A stretch of 64,000 nucleotides of DNA, taken from Candidatus Hodarchaeum mangrovi. Its GTDB lineage: Archaea > Asgardarchaeota > Heimdallarchaeia > Hodarchaeales > Hodarchaeaceae. Where the stretch lies: the NCBI GenBank assembly GCA_016839515.1, contig JAEOUE010000197.1, positions 12,766 to 76,765 of the forward strand. The letters are read 5' to 3'. Numbering within the stretch: position 1 is the stretch's first letter; each line of letters begins with the position of its first letter. Shown piece by piece: positions 1-10,397 of the stretch. The notes under the pieces were generated by a model. That model saw only the letters and a list, made by a program, of their open reading frames with translations, was not told the origin of the DNA and searched no databases. A program made the translations under genes and the position numbers.

Positions 1-2
1 GC

Positions 3-593
3 GAAAAAACCAAAAAGAAGTATAATCGTGAATTTCCGACATATTATATATCTTCAAGAGAGCGTCAAGGAACAAAAATATTTAGGAATGCAATCCCACG
101 ATATTTAAAAAAAAAGAAAGAAAATGTTTTATCCATAGTTGGAGTACCAAATACAGGAAAAAGTAGTTTATTAAATATTCTTCGTGGAAAGCATGTTGCA
201 GTTACAGGACAAAAACCAGGAGTAACTCGTAGTCCTCAGTTAATACGAATTTCACAACGGATCCTTATTTACGATACACCTGGAGTGATCCCTTTCGATT
301 ACCCTGAAGACGATCTACAAGTTTTTTTAGGAGCATATTCAATCGATAATTTAGATGATCCTATTGGTACAGTAAATTTTTTTATAGATCGAATCCGAGA
401 AAATTATAGCTCTGGGTTTGTCAATTATTACGGAATTACTTCAATAAACTTATCTAATGAGGAAATTCTAAAGCAAATTGCAGCTTTAAGGGGCATGAAA
501 TCCAAGGGAGGGTTATTAAATCTTTTAGAAACTGCAAAATTGGTAATGAGGGAATTTACAGCTGGAAAAATCCAATATTGGGAGGAAGTTTGA
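3..593 (+). CDS. Circularly permuted YlqF/RbgA-family ribosome biogenesis GTPase (5'-truncated by the window edge)
   Basis: The frame of ORF 285..593 is open back to position 3 and reads ...ISSRER...SIVGVPNTGKSSLLN...TGQKPGVTR...YDTPGV, giving the G5-G1-G2-G3 order typical of cpGTPases. Confidence 0.85.
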   Translation, partial: EKTKKKYNREFPTYYISSRERQGTKIFRNAIPRYLKKKKENVLSIVGVPNTGKSSLLNILRGKHVAVTGQKPGVTRSPQLIRISQRILIYDTPGVIPFDYPEDDLQVFLGAYSIDNLDDPIGTVNFFIDRIRENYSSGFVNYYGITSINLSNEEILKQIAALRGMKSKGGLLNLLETAKLVMREFTAGKIQYWEEV

Positions 594-772
594 CAATTAA
601 TCATAGATTAATTTTTTTCATCACAATTTATTTTGCATAAATGAAAGTAAGATTCCAAATAATTTGATCAAACCTAATTAAATTATTTGATGAATCACTC
701 CTTCCAATTAAATATAAATTAAATATCTAATTCAATTTAATACTAGAAGCTTGATAATTAAAGGCGATTTCC

Positions 773-2323
773 GTGGATATAGACAAAGAAATGAAACTTT
801 TTCTTGAAAAAATAATAGCCTATGCAAATAAAACTGGTATAGCACATTTGACTGGGAATATTTATGGAGGATTAGCAGGATTTTGGGATTATGGTCCTAT
901 AGGTGTGGAAATTAAAAACCGAATAAAGGAAGCTTGGTGGAACGATTTTGTAAGAAATCGAGAGGATATCGTGGGTTATGAAGGAGCTATTATAACTCAT
1001 CCGAAGGTTTGGGAAGCTTCAGGACATGTTTCCAGCTTTAATGATCCCTTAGTATTTTGTCAGGGTAAATGTATGAAGAAACATCGTTTGGATCATCTTA
1101 TTGAAGATCTATTAGATCTGAAAACTGAAAACTTAACTGTTGATCAGATGTGGGTGATTGCTAAGGAAAAGAAGTTATATTGCCCTGAATGCAAGGGAAC
1201 TTTAGGAGAGCCAGTTATTTTCAATCTAATGTTCAGTACACAGGTAGGTTCTACAGAAGACACTTCCTCAATCGCCTATTTAAGACCAGAAAACGCTCAG
1301 TTGATTTTTTCAGGATTTAAAAATGTTATTGATTCAACTAGGGTTAAAATGCCATTTGGAATAGCTCAATCAGGTATAGTTTTTAGAAATGAAATCTCAC
1401 CTAGAAATTTCTTATTTAGAGTACGAGAATATGAATTGATGGAATTTGAATATTTCACGAATCCAGATAAAATTAATGAGTGTCCTCAATTTGATGATAT
1501 TAAAGGAAGAGAAATCAATATTCGTGATAAAATTGCTCAAGAAAAAGGGGATAAAGTTGAATTCAAGCGCTTAAACGCCCAAAAGGCATGGGAAAAAAAG
1601 ATATTTAAAAATAAATGGCAAGCATATTGGCTCACAATATTTTTTGAATGGTTTGTCAATAATTTAGCTATTACAGAAGAAAAATTACGTTTAAGACAAC
1701 ACATGGAGTCAGAACTTAGCCATTATGCGTTAGATACATGGGATATTGAATATAGATATCCTTTTGGGTGGAAAGAACTTTTAGGCTGTGCAAATCGAAC
1801 TCAATATGATCTTCAACAACATAAGGAATATTCCAATGTTAAAATAGAATTCATGGAAGATACTGAAGAAGGAATGCAAAGATATATTCCTTATGTAGTA
1901 GCTGAACCATCAGTTGGTTTAGGTAGAATATTACTTACTCTAATTGCAGATGGTTATCAGGAAGATATTGTTAAAGGTAGGAAACGAATAGTTTTGAAAA
2001 TTCATCCAAGATTTGCTGCATATGATGTAGCAATCTTCCCATTACAAAAGAATGACAAAATTAATTTAATTGCACGAAAAATATATGAAAAACTAAAAGA
2101 AGAGCGATTCGTTGTATATTATGATGATAGCGGATCGATAGGGAAACGTTATCGTCGTCAAGACGAAATAGGAACCCCTTATTGTGTTACGATTGATTTT
2201 GACACATTAGATGACAATCAAATCACTATTAGGAACCGAGATTCAATGGAACAGAAACGAATACCGATTGCTAATCTTGTAAATGAGCTTAAGGATAATC
2301 GTGAGCATTATAATAGGCAATAA
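773..2323 (+). CDS. glyS: Glycine--tRNA ligase (alpha2, archaeal/eukaryotic type)
   Basis: IYGG-AGFWDYGP, LRPENAQ, FRNEISPR, ELLGCANRT and EPSVGLGR motifs; C-terminal anticodon-binding domain SIGKRYRRQDEIGTPY. Confidence 0.97.
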   Translation: MDIDKEMKLFLEKIIAYANKTGIAHLTGNIYGGLAGFWDYGPIGVEIKNRIKEAWWNDFVRNREDIVGYEGAIITHPKVWEASGHVSSFNDPLVFCQGKCMKKHRLDHLIEDLLDLKTENLTVDQMWVIAKEKKLYCPECKGTLGEPVIFNLMFSTQVGSTEDTSSIAYLRPENAQLIFSGFKNVIDSTRVKMPFGIAQSGIVFRNEISPRNFLFRVREYELMEFEYFTNPDKINECPQFDDIKGREINIRDKIAQEKGDKVEFKRLNAQKAWEKKIFKNKWQAYWLTIFFEWFVNNLAITEEKLRLRQHMESELSHYALDTWDIEYRYPFGWKELLGCANRTQYDLQQHKEYSNVKIEFMEDTEEGMQRYIPYVVAEPSVGLGRILLTLIADGYQEDIVKGRKRIVLKIHPRFAAYDVAIFPLQKNDKINLIARKIYEKLKEERFVVYYDDSGSIGKRYRRQDEIGTPYCVTIDFDTLDDNQITIRNRDSMEQKRIPIANLVNELKDNREHYNRQ

Positions 2324-2848
2324 TTTAATTAGTATAAGTGATCTTAGAAAAAATGATAATCAAAAAAAGATTGGAATCATAATAATTAAATTTCAAACAT
2401 GATAAAAACAATCATTATTTTATAATTATTTAATTCAAGAAAATAGAAGGGTTATACAGTGGAAAGAGATATTTTAAGGTTTTTCAGAAAGGATTATTTT
2501 ATTGCAGATTACTTTGAAGAAGAATCTTTCCACCAAGGTTACCATAAATTCCAAAAAATTTCCCAGATATTAGAATTAGAAAAAATCTTTTTACCAAAAA
2601 TTTCTGAGGATTCTTCAAAGGGATTTTTTCCAATCTATAAATGTATACCATGCTGATCGCAGTAAAAATAAAAAATTGTCAATTAAAGAACTTGAACAAT
2701 AAATAAAGGTGGATTCTATAAGTTAATGAAGATGATTCTTTAATAGGTAATAATTAAATAATCTAATGATCGAAATGAAGAATGTCTTAGATAGAAGTAA
2801 AAAAGCACTGGTTTATCAAATTAATACTTTTGAAAGGTGTATTAATTA

Positions 2849-4102
2849 ATGGTTACATGGAAAAGCGTATTTTCTCTAGGTGGTGTTGAGGATGAAATAA
2901 TAGAACTTTTTGATGTTGCCTCAATTGTTGATTGGGATCCAGAATTTAAAGGAAGATATATTAAAGGCTTTTTTGAGACAATTTATACATGGATTATAGC
3001 CTTGAAAGAGGTAACACGCAATGAAGTTAATTATTTGCCATCAAATTTCCTAATGGTTGTTGGAAGAAAATGGGGTGACCAAAAACAAAAATCAATACCC
3101 CTTGGAGTTTTATTCGAATTCTCTGAAGGTGATCTGAACTTACGTGCAATTGGACCAAAAAGTTTGTCTGAAAAGGCGGGAGAAGACAGTAATCTTCTGT
3201 TAACTTATATTGATGAGTTATTTGATAAACCAAACTTGTGGAGAAGTAAAATTATAATCTCCGCCAAAAGTAAAAGTGAATGGAAAATCTTAGCGGATAG
3301 CATCGAAGAAAGGCCATGGGATTTAATTGAACAGGGGAGAAAGCTTTCAGGAACAGATCCAAAAAGGGCTAGTGATAGTTTTAAGAAAGCGTTAAGTATT
3401 TTTGATGTTTTATCTGATAGCAATGGAAGATTCCACGCCATTTTTGCATTAGCTGAATTATATTTACAATTGAAGAATTATGATGCTTCAAAAGAACAGC
3501 TAGATAAAGCTTGGGAATTAGCATCTCAATTAGGAGATCCTATGCTTGAGGAAAATGTACTAAGTACAGAAGGAGTTCTTTTGTATGAACAGAAATTTTT
3601 TGAACAGGCATCATCTAAATTTATTCAAGCTTTAGAAAGGGCTAGGAAAGCAAATAAACATAATTTTGTGGTGAATGCTTATTCAAATATTGGAGAATGT
3701 TATTATCGAATGAATATGATAGAACGAGCAATGGAAAATTTCGAGAAATCTCATTCTCTTTCTGAAGAAAGGAATGACAGAAAAAATTTAGCTCGGTCAA
3801 AAATAAACCTTGCAAAAACATTAAAAATATACTTCAAACAAGGGGACAGTTCTAGCCAATCGCAAGCAGAATGGTATTTGAAGGAAGCTATTGACCTCTC
3901 AGAAGAGGTTGGTGATAATTTAGGGGTAATGTGTGCTAGTGGAGAAATCGGGGAGATAGAGGAAATCGCACAGAATTATGAGGGTGCTCTCATGTATTAT
4001 GAAGCTGCTGCTGAAAAAGCCCGACAAATAACTTCCCATCAATATCAGGAATATTATAGAAATAAGGCTCAACGAATGAAAAATATGCTATATGATGCAT
4101 AA
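2849..4102 (+). CDS. TPR-repeat protein with an uncharacterised N-terminal domain
   Basis: Repeated ~40-aa helical units (AYSNIGECYYRMNMIERAMENFEKS etc.) in the C-terminal two-thirds. Confidence 0.8.
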   Translation: MVTWKSVFSLGGVEDEIIELFDVASIVDWDPEFKGRYIKGFFETIYTWIIALKEVTRNEVNYLPSNFLMVVGRKWGDQKQKSIPLGVLFEFSEGDLNLRAIGPKSLSEKAGEDSNLLLTYIDELFDKPNLWRSKIIISAKSKSEWKILADSIEERPWDLIEQGRKLSGTDPKRASDSFKKALSIFDVLSDSNGRFHAIFALAELYLQLKNYDASKEQLDKAWELASQLGDPMLEENVLSTEGVLLYEQKFFEQASSKFIQALERARKANKHNFVVNAYSNIGECYYRMNMIERAMENFEKSHSLSEERNDRKNLARSKINLAKTLKIYFKQGDSSSQSQAEWYLKEAIDLSEEVGDNLGVMCASGEIGEIEEIAQNYEGALMYYEAAAEKARQITSHQYQEYYRNKAQRMKNMLYDA

Positions 4103-4128
4103 TAAAAACTTTGGATGATTAAGGAAAT

Positions 4129-4533
4129 TTATCCGAGAATTTCCCCTATTTTTCTTGCAGCTTCCTTTAAATCAAGGAACAATAATCCTAATTTGACAGT
4201 TCGATTTGCTGATGCAGTAAGGACAGCTTTTGTACCAGCTTGTACTGAAATCAAATAACCACTGTCTCCTTCAACTAATATCCTACTCATTTCTCCTTTA
4301 CCTGTTTCCATAACTGCTCTCTCTCCTAAACTCAATATAGCGGCAGTCATTGCTGCAATACGAACATCATCTAATCCTTGTGGTAATATGGGAGGGAATG
4401 AAGAAATTGGTAATCCTTCTAAAGAAACTACACTGGCAAAATCGATAGCTGGGAGTTTACTAACAAAAGCTTCCAGTACCTCAATGATTTCTTTATGAAT
4501 TTGGAGGTCTGTTTCAGAATCTGGGATATACAT
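4129..4533 (-). CDS. Roadblock/LC7 (MglB-like) domain protein
   Basis: ASVVSLEGLPISS, RIAAMTAAILSLGER and KLGLLFLDLK match the Roadblock pattern. Confidence 0.93.
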   Translation of the reverse strand: MYIPDSETDLQIHKEIIEVLEAFVSKLPAIDFASVVSLEGLPISSFPPILPQGLDDVRIAAMTAAILSLGERAVMETGKGEMSRILVEGDSGYLISVQAGTKAVLTASANRTVKLGLLFLDLKEAARKIGEILG

Positions 4534-4853
4534 CTTAATAACGCCTTTTAGTCAGATGGAAGTTCCTTTTTTACGTTTTAAAGGGTTTTATGAGTGATAA
4601 TCTGAATCGAATCAATAAATTGAGATATGCAACTGCATTTTTCTCAATCTTCTATTTAACTATATCCATTTTCACCTAGAAGACCCTGTATAAATTATAT
4701 ACCTCTAGAATAATAATATAAAATAGCTGTGGAATATACTAATAATATTTGAAGATTAATAATACCATGGGCATTTATACTTTAGGAAAGCTATAAAAAA
4801 GAGTAAATATTTTTAGTTAAAATTTGGAAGCAACTTCAAATATGGGATTGTAA

Positions 4854-5114
4854 TTGAAAGAGATTAAGAAAGAAAGGAAATCCGAATTTACACAAGAACC
4901 AGTTCTATTTCAAATCGGAAAGAAAGGAATTACTGAAAACTTGATAGAAGAGCTAGAAGATCAATTGAAACAAAAAAAATCAGTGAAAGTAAGATTCTTA
5001 AAAAATTCGCCCTATAATAATCGTGAGGAAGCATTCGAAGTATTAAGACAAAGCTTACCTGCAATGGCAAAGATAATTGAAATAAAAGGTTGGACCGCTA
5101 TAATCAATTCCTAG
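4854..5114 (+). CDS. YhbY/CRM-domain RNA-binding protein
   Basis: PVLFQIGKKGITENLIEEL...KKSVKVRF...GWTAII; 86 aa. Confidence 0.85.
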   Translation: MKEIKKERKSEFTQEPVLFQIGKKGITENLIEELEDQLKQKKSVKVRFLKNSPYNNREEAFEVLRQSLPAMAKIIEIKGWTAIINS

Positions 5115-5142
5115 GAAATTATCTGGATTTTTTTTAAATATT

Positions 5143-5733
5143 TTAATTTCCTTTTCTCTCAAAATAAATTTGTGTCATTAGAACTTCTCTTGCAAGAGAT
5201 TGAAATGCTCTTTTTATACCAATACCTGTCGTAGCAACGGTTTCATAAATCGGAAAATTGTTCAATTCAAGTTTTTTTATGAGCTCAGTTTTTGAGACTG
5301 CATCTGGGACATCTCTTTTATTTAAAGCTATAATTAATGGTATATTTTTGCCAAGCTGATCATTTAAATGCATTTTTAGTTCTCTGAAGGATTCTATATT
5401 CTCATTGAGTTGTGAAGCACTCGAATCTACAACGAAAAGGACTCCATCAACTCCTTGAAGCACAATTTTACGCTGGTTTTTATGTCTCTCTTGTCCAGCT
5501 GTCGTATATACATCAAATACAACTCCTTTAGTTGCTTGCATTGGCACAAAATCAAAAAACAGCGTTCTTCCCATTGGATCTTCGATTTTTGTGAATTTTC
5601 CCTTCTCTAATCCATCAACCATTTTATATAACCAAGCAAGTGTGGTAGTTTTTCCACAGAGAGAAGGTCCATAGAAAACAATTTTAAATCTCTGTCGACC
5701 TTCAGCATCTTTTCGCATCCAAGTCTTCTCCAT
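5143..5733 (-). CDS. MglA-family small GTPase
   Basis: KIVFYGPSLCGKTTTL, RTLFFDF (MglA signature), TAGQ, GVDGVLFVVDS, NKRD. Confidence 0.92.
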   Translation of the reverse strand: MEKTWMRKDAEGRQRFKIVFYGPSLCGKTTTLAWLYKMVDGLEKGKFTKIEDPMGRTLFFDFVPMQATKGVVFDVYTTAGQERHKNQRKIVLQGVDGVLFVVDSSASQLNENIESFRELKMHLNDQLGKNIPLIIALNKRDVPDAVSKTELIKKLELNNFPIYETVATTGIGIKRAFQSLAREVLMTQIYFERKGN

Positions 5734-5763
5734 TAAGAAAAGGAGTAGATTAAAGAAGATTTT

Positions 5764-6258
5764 TCAGAATTTTTCTAATTCACGCAATGCTGCTTCTAAT
5801 TCATCTTTTTCCAAGCTCGTACGAACCTCAGGAACAGCAGAGGGTGTTCCTGTTATCTTTCGTGTTGGTCTTCCAGCCAAAAATTCATCTAAAATTGAAC
5901 TTAGTTCCTCATTCGCCTTTCTCATTAGTAAGCGAATCATACCAATATTTACGTCTGCATCCGAAATGATTGTTAAAATACCCCTACCACATGCGCTAGC
6001 AAAGATTTTGCCTGTATCAAATTCAGACGTAACAATGTCTAATCCACCAATTGTTAGGTTTGATCCTTGTTCTGCTGAAGCCATAAATACTGCGGATGCG
6101 ATGGCTCCGATCCCGTCTACATCAACTGAAACATAGCTGAATTTCGAAACATGAGCGATAGTGAGACCAGTTCGATCAACAAGAATAACTTTCTTAATAC
6201 CTGGCTCGCTTTTTATGATCTTGCTTAGTACTGTGTCAAATCTCCTAGGATCAATCAA
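5764..6258 (-). CDS. MglB-like Roadblock protein with C-terminal extension
   Basis: Roadblock core (ILVDRTGLTIA, DVNIGMIRL), then a linker and an acidic terminal helix; directly upstream of the MglA-like gene. Confidence 0.9.
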   Translation of the reverse strand: MIDPRRFDTVLSKIIKSEPGIKKVILVDRTGLTIAHVSKFSYVSVDVDGIGAIASAVFMASAEQGSNLTIGGLDIVTSEFDTGKIFASACGRGILTIISDADVNIGMIRLLMRKANEELSSILDEFLAGRPTRKITGTPSAVPEVRTSLEKDELEAALRELEKF

Positions 6259-6431
6259 TAACTATAGCTCCTTGTAAATAACTTGCAAGTTAATTGTATA
6301 AACTCGCTTTTCATTTCCTTAAATTCATTTCAATATTGAATATTAATAAATCTAGCTCATTAACATTTAAGGTTAGTTAATTTTGATTTAAGACCTGTTT
6401 AAATGGTATTATAAATTCGATCATAGATTTC

Positions 6432-7250
6432 TTAAGGGATTAAATAACTCAAAGTAATAAATAAGATGTTTCCAATAAGAATTTCTGTGATGAAGCCAAG
6501 TGTAAGGATTAGAATAAAGGGGTAGGATGGTTGAACCCAGATAGTTTGTTTCTTTGTGTTTTTTATAGAAGTAATAATTAATTTTTTTCGTTTAAAATCA
6601 TTTTCAGGATTATCTAAACCTAATCGAAATTTTATTCTCCAACCAGTATCTTGATCATATTCTTCTAAAAAGTCAAAATGCCATGGCTTAGTTTCCATTT
6701 CAGTACTAATTTTAACCGTATTTCGTGGATATCCAATAAATAAAACAGCTATTTTGTTTTTCAGAGATTCTTGTTTAAACTTATATAAATCAGACTGAAT
6801 TAACAAATGAAAGCAATTATAGAAGAAAAGAATAAATGGTACCGGTACAGTAAGCAAGATAGCATTTGACAATAAAGAAAAACTACGGGGTACTATTTTT
6901 ATTAGTACTTCAACTCTATTATCACCTAGAATAAAAACAGGAACTGTCATTGGTGAACAAACAGCAATAGCTATTAATGCAAACATATCTGCACCTCCCC
7001 ATAACCCTCCCAAAAGAAGAATTAGAGCGATTATAATTGCAACGATTAAGTTTCCACTCCAGTTTATGAAATAATTAAAAAATGGTTCTTTATTAAGGAT
7101 AAATGTAAGTATCTGTATTAAATGAAGAATAATCCCTCCAAAAATCATTATTAACCAAACCCAGTCCGCAACTTCGCGATATTTGATGTCAAAATAGGAA
7201 GCAATAAGGAGAAGGAATAATGAAAAGGATATAAGTATAATACCAATCAT
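6432..7250 (-). CDS. Prepilin/prearchaellin peptidase, A24 family (PibD/FlaK-like)
   Basis: SYFDIKYREV and WGGAD aspartate motifs, multiple TM segments, C-terminal IWVQPSYPFI. Confidence 0.92.
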   Translation of the reverse strand: MIGIILISFSLFLLLIASYFDIKYREVADWVWLIMIFGGIILHLIQILTFILNKEPFFNYFINWSGNLIVAIIIALILLLGGLWGGADMFALIAIAVCSPMTVPVFILGDNRVEVLIKIVPRSFSLLSNAILLTVPVPFILFFYNCFHLLIQSDLYKFKQESLKNKIAVLFIGYPRNTVKISTEMETKPWHFDFLEEYDQDTGWRIKFRLGLDNPENDFKRKKLIITSIKNTKKQTIWVQPSYPFILILTLGFITEILIGNILFITLSYLIP

Positions 7251-7505
7251 CCGAGTTACCTTTTTAAAAAATTAAGAATAATTACCTTCCTTTACAATAT
7301 TCTTTTTATTTCTTTAGCTAATGGATTTACTTTAACATCCTTTTGTTCTCCTTATAATATTCGAGTAAAAAGAATTTAGAAGGACTAGAAAGAAGAGGAC
7401 ATAAGTTAAAGATTATTATTTAGTCACAATGGTTTTAAATGTGTAGGATGGGAGAGAGAATTAGAATAATTTTTACTAAAAAAGAATTTTTAGTACAGAA
7501 CTTTA

Positions 7506-7611
7506 GCCACCGTGGCTTAGCTAGGTTATAGCGCCTCCTTGGTATTTGTTCCTAGCTTGGTAATGGCAAACAATCAGGAGGATGTCGCGAGTTCAAATCT
7601 CGCCGGTGGCT
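7506..7611 (+). tRNA. tRNA-Thr(GGT) with a 31-nt intron at canonical position 37/38 (7545..7575)
   Basis: Acceptor stem GCCACCG/CGGTGGC with U discriminator; anticodon stem CCTCC/GGAGG, loop TT-GGT-A^A; T arm GCGAG-TTCAAAT-CTCGC; relaxed bulge-helix-bulge at the splice junctions; CCA not encoded. Confidence 0.92.
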
Positions 7612-7778
7612 TCACTTTATACAATCATCAAAGGTTATAAATTATCATAAAAAAAGGATAATGTCTTAATATCTTAAAATAGAAGTAAAATCCTTAATTC
7701 AATAAAGATTATAATGAAATCATTCTTTTACTAAATAATATTTTGAGGAGTCCTCTTTAATATTCTTGAAGTGATTGG

Positions 7779-8402
7779 ATGGATTATATCGATCTTTTAG
7801 ACCTATGGCGAAAGGAGAGGAAAAGCCATTCGCTTCAAAAAATCCCCTCTGATTTTTATATTTCCATAGATAGTGAATTAGCTAAGATTTATAGAACTTC
7901 CTCTGAGGTACAATGGAGAGAATTAAATGATCTAATTATTGAGCGATTCGAATTTTTACGTCAGGATCTTACCAAACTTAGACTTCAAAAAATATTAAAT
8001 TCGATTATTAATGAATTACCAATAGAGACAGCTTATTTAACTTGGGGAGAACAAAAATTAGTGGAGAATTTACAGAAATCGATTAATACATTAAGCATCG
8101 AGAAACCAAATTTTTATACTCAGGATATTTCTCTTAACATGAGTTTACAGGAAGATCCAGACCAAGATACAGATCAAATCGACAAAAATGGCGAGATTAA
8201 TAATAATACTGTCACATACATAACAGTGAGAATTCTCGCTGATACTGACCAATTTATTGGTACAGATAATAGGCGGTATGGACCCTTAAAAAAGCATAAT
8301 GTGGCATACCTACCATTAGAGAATGCAAAAGCATTAATTGCTAAATCTGTAGCTCGTATTATTGAAAATAACACAAGAACAACTTCAAGTGAAATACAAT
8401 GA
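7779..8402 (+). CDS. GINS complex subunit Gins15 (Gins51)
   Basis: WRKERKSHSLQKIPSDFY helical A domain, C-terminal B domain FIGTDNRRYGPL..LPLENAKALI; conserved position before eS27, aIF2a and Nop10. Confidence 0.88.
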   Translation: MDYIDLLDLWRKERKSHSLQKIPSDFYISIDSELAKIYRTSSEVQWRELNDLIIERFEFLRQDLTKLRLQKILNSIINELPIETAYLTWGEQKLVENLQKSINTLSIEKPNFYTQDISLNMSLQEDPDQDTDQIDKNGEINNNTVTYITVRILADTDQFIGTDNRRYGPLKKHNVAYLPLENAKALIAKSVARIIENNTRTTSSEIQ

Positions 8403-8587
8403 AGAAAAATTACGTCCCTCAACCTCGTAGTCGATTCTTTAAAATTCAATGTGAATGTGGAAATGTTCAAGAGATTTTTTCTCATGCAACAACTTCAGTA
8501 GATTGCCGTGTATGCGGAAAGAAATTAACACAACCTCGTAGTGGAAAAGTTGAAATATTTGCAGAAATAATTGAGGTATTAGAGTAG
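8399..8587 (+). CDS. rps27e: Ribosomal protein eS27
   Basis: PRSRFFKIQCECGNVQEIFSHA..CRVCG..L.QP.SGK. Confidence 0.96.
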   Translation: MKKNYVPQPRSRFFKIQCECGNVQEIFSHATTSVDCRVCGKKLTQPRSGKVEIFAEIIEVLE

Positions 8588-8602
8588 AATAGGCGATATC
8601 GA

Positions 8603-9388
8603 ATGGAAGTTAATTTTCCTGCTGTCGATGAGCTTGTAATCGGAACATGTACTAAATTAACTCCTCATGGAGCTTATTTTGAAATATTTGATTATGAAAA
8701 ATTAGGTTCAGAGGCAGGTTTTGTCCATATTTCTGAATTAAGTCGAACTTGGGTAAGAAATATTCGAAGTCACATACGAGAAGGACAAAAAGCAGTAGTT
8801 AAGATACTTCGGGTTGATGAAGCAAGGGGAGAGATTGATATGTCAATACGAAGAGTCTCAGAACCCCAAAAACGAGCTAAACTGAATGAGTTCAAGCAAG
8901 AAAACCGTGCAAGAGGAATCGTCGCTGTAGCCTGTGAAAAATCCAACATTAAAACTGAAGAGATTGAAAAGCTAATAATGACCGAGTATGGTTCTATTTA
9001 TGATGGTTTAATCAATGCCCGAGAAGGCAGTGTTGACATTTTAACCAAAATAGGGATTCCAAAGGAAGCTGCAGAAGAGATTTACCAACTTGCAGTGAAA
9101 GAATTGGAACCACCCAAAGTTGAATTATTTGGGTACATAGATATCACCTGTTACGAAGCTGATGGAGCGCTTCATATAAGAAATTTCTTCAAATCTTATG
9201 AAAAAAATTTCTCGAAAAAATTTAAAGGATCAAATTTCTTAATTCAAATTATTTCTCCACCTGAATATCGCTGTGTAATTGAAAGTAATGATTGGAAATC
9301 AGCTGAAACAATTTGGAAAGACCTCCAAGATGGGGCTACGGAATTCTTTAAACAATATGATGCTGAAGTTTCCTTTAAACGAAAATAA
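8603..9388 (+). CDS. eif2a: Translation initiation factor aIF2 alpha subunit
   Basis: S1 domain FVHISELSRTWVRNIR, KILRVD..RGEIDMSIRRV; genomic context. Confidence 0.95.
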   Translation: MEVNFPAVDELVIGTCTKLTPHGAYFEIFDYEKLGSEAGFVHISELSRTWVRNIRSHIREGQKAVVKILRVDEARGEIDMSIRRVSEPQKRAKLNEFKQENRARGIVAVACEKSNIKTEEIEKLIMTEYGSIYDGLINAREGSVDILTKIGIPKEAAEEIYQLAVKELEPPKVELFGYIDITCYEADGALHIRNFFKSYEKNFSKKFKGSNFLIQIISPPEYRCVIESNDWKSAETIWKDLQDGATEFFKQYDAEVSFKRK

Positions 9389-9414
9389 TCTAACTCGAAA
9401 CTAATGGGGTAAGA

Positions 9415-9591
9415 ATGCGACTCTTAAGAAAATGTGATTGCACATATACTATTAATCAATCAATAAAAATGTGTGAAAAATGCAAAACATATTTCAGAAG
9501 TGCATATCCCCCTAAATTTTCACTTCATGACAAATATGCTACTTATCGAAGGAAAATGAAAGAGATTGCTCGTGAAGGAGAAGAATTATGA
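9415..9591 (+). CDS. nop10: H/ACA RNP protein Nop10 (not in the ORF track)
   Basis: Manual translation MRLLRKCDCTYTINQSIKMCEKCKTYFRSAYPPKFSLHDKYATYRRKMKEIAREGEEL; PPKFS..DKY..YRR motif; follows aIF2a; ATGA overlap with the next gene. Confidence 0.92.
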   Translation: MRLLRKCDCTYTINQSIKMCEKCKTYFRSAYPPKFSLHDKYATYRRKMKEIAREGEEL

Positions 9592-10088
9592 CCGAACAGA
9601 CTCCAATACTGATTCAACAATTTCAGTTAAAAGATTTGGATCAAGTTATTGAGATTAATAGAGAATGCTTACCAGAAAATTATCCAGAAAGATTCTTTCG
9701 AACAATTTATTCAGAATTACCGTCAGCATTCATAGTAGCTAAAATTGGGGAACAAGTAATTGGGTACACAATGGCACGCGTTGAAACTGGTTTAAGTCAT
9801 TATTCGATTTTTCATAGGGGAAAAAAGGGGCATACTGTTAGTATAGCAGTTAAACCTGAATATCGTCGAAAAGGAATAGCAAAAATGCTTTTAAAGCGGT
9901 CAATTGAAGCTATGGTAGAACATGGTGTTAATGAATTATTTTTAGAAGTAAGAGTGTCAAATGATGCCGCAGTTAATCTTTATAAAAATTTTGGGTATGA
10001 AATTTTAAAAGAAATAAGAAATTATTATAGGGATTATGAATCTGCATATCTAATGGCCAAAAAAGTACCAAAAGATAAATTGATTTGA
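9588..10088 (+). CDS. N-terminal acetyltransferase, Ard1/RimI family
   Basis: INRECLPENY, GHTVSIAV.PEYRRKGIA, LEVRVSN.AAVNLY, YYRD.ESAY.M. Confidence 0.93.
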   Translation: MTEQTPILIQQFQLKDLDQVIEINRECLPENYPERFFRTIYSELPSAFIVAKIGEQVIGYTMARVETGLSHYSIFHRGKKGHTVSIAVKPEYRRKGIAKMLLKRSIEAMVEHGVNELFLEVRVSNDAAVNLYKNFGYEILKEIRNYYRDYESAYLMAKKVPKDKLI

Positions 10089-10397
10089 AATCTGAATAAA
10101 GAAATTAATTTATCTCTTCAAAAGAAATCAGATTTAGTGAAAAGATTAAAGCTCACTACTTATTATTCTAATTATCGATAGTTCTCTAAAATGATATTCT
10201 AGAACTTATGGGTTTTTTTTAAGTTTGCTGAATTCTAAAATCATTATTTTAGTAATAAATCTCTTAGGTTCAATTAGAAGGGACCTAAATATAAAGCTTT
10301 AAAAAGAACGAAACGTTACCAAAGGTAAAATAAACTTATCAGTAATAAAAACTTTTTAAATTATGCTGATAATTTCTGTTGTTCAATTTAATAAAAT

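Noticed and set aside
2459-2656. 65-aa ORF in the glyS-TPR intergenic region
   Set aside because: Low-complexity AT-rich sequence with no motif; probably spurious.
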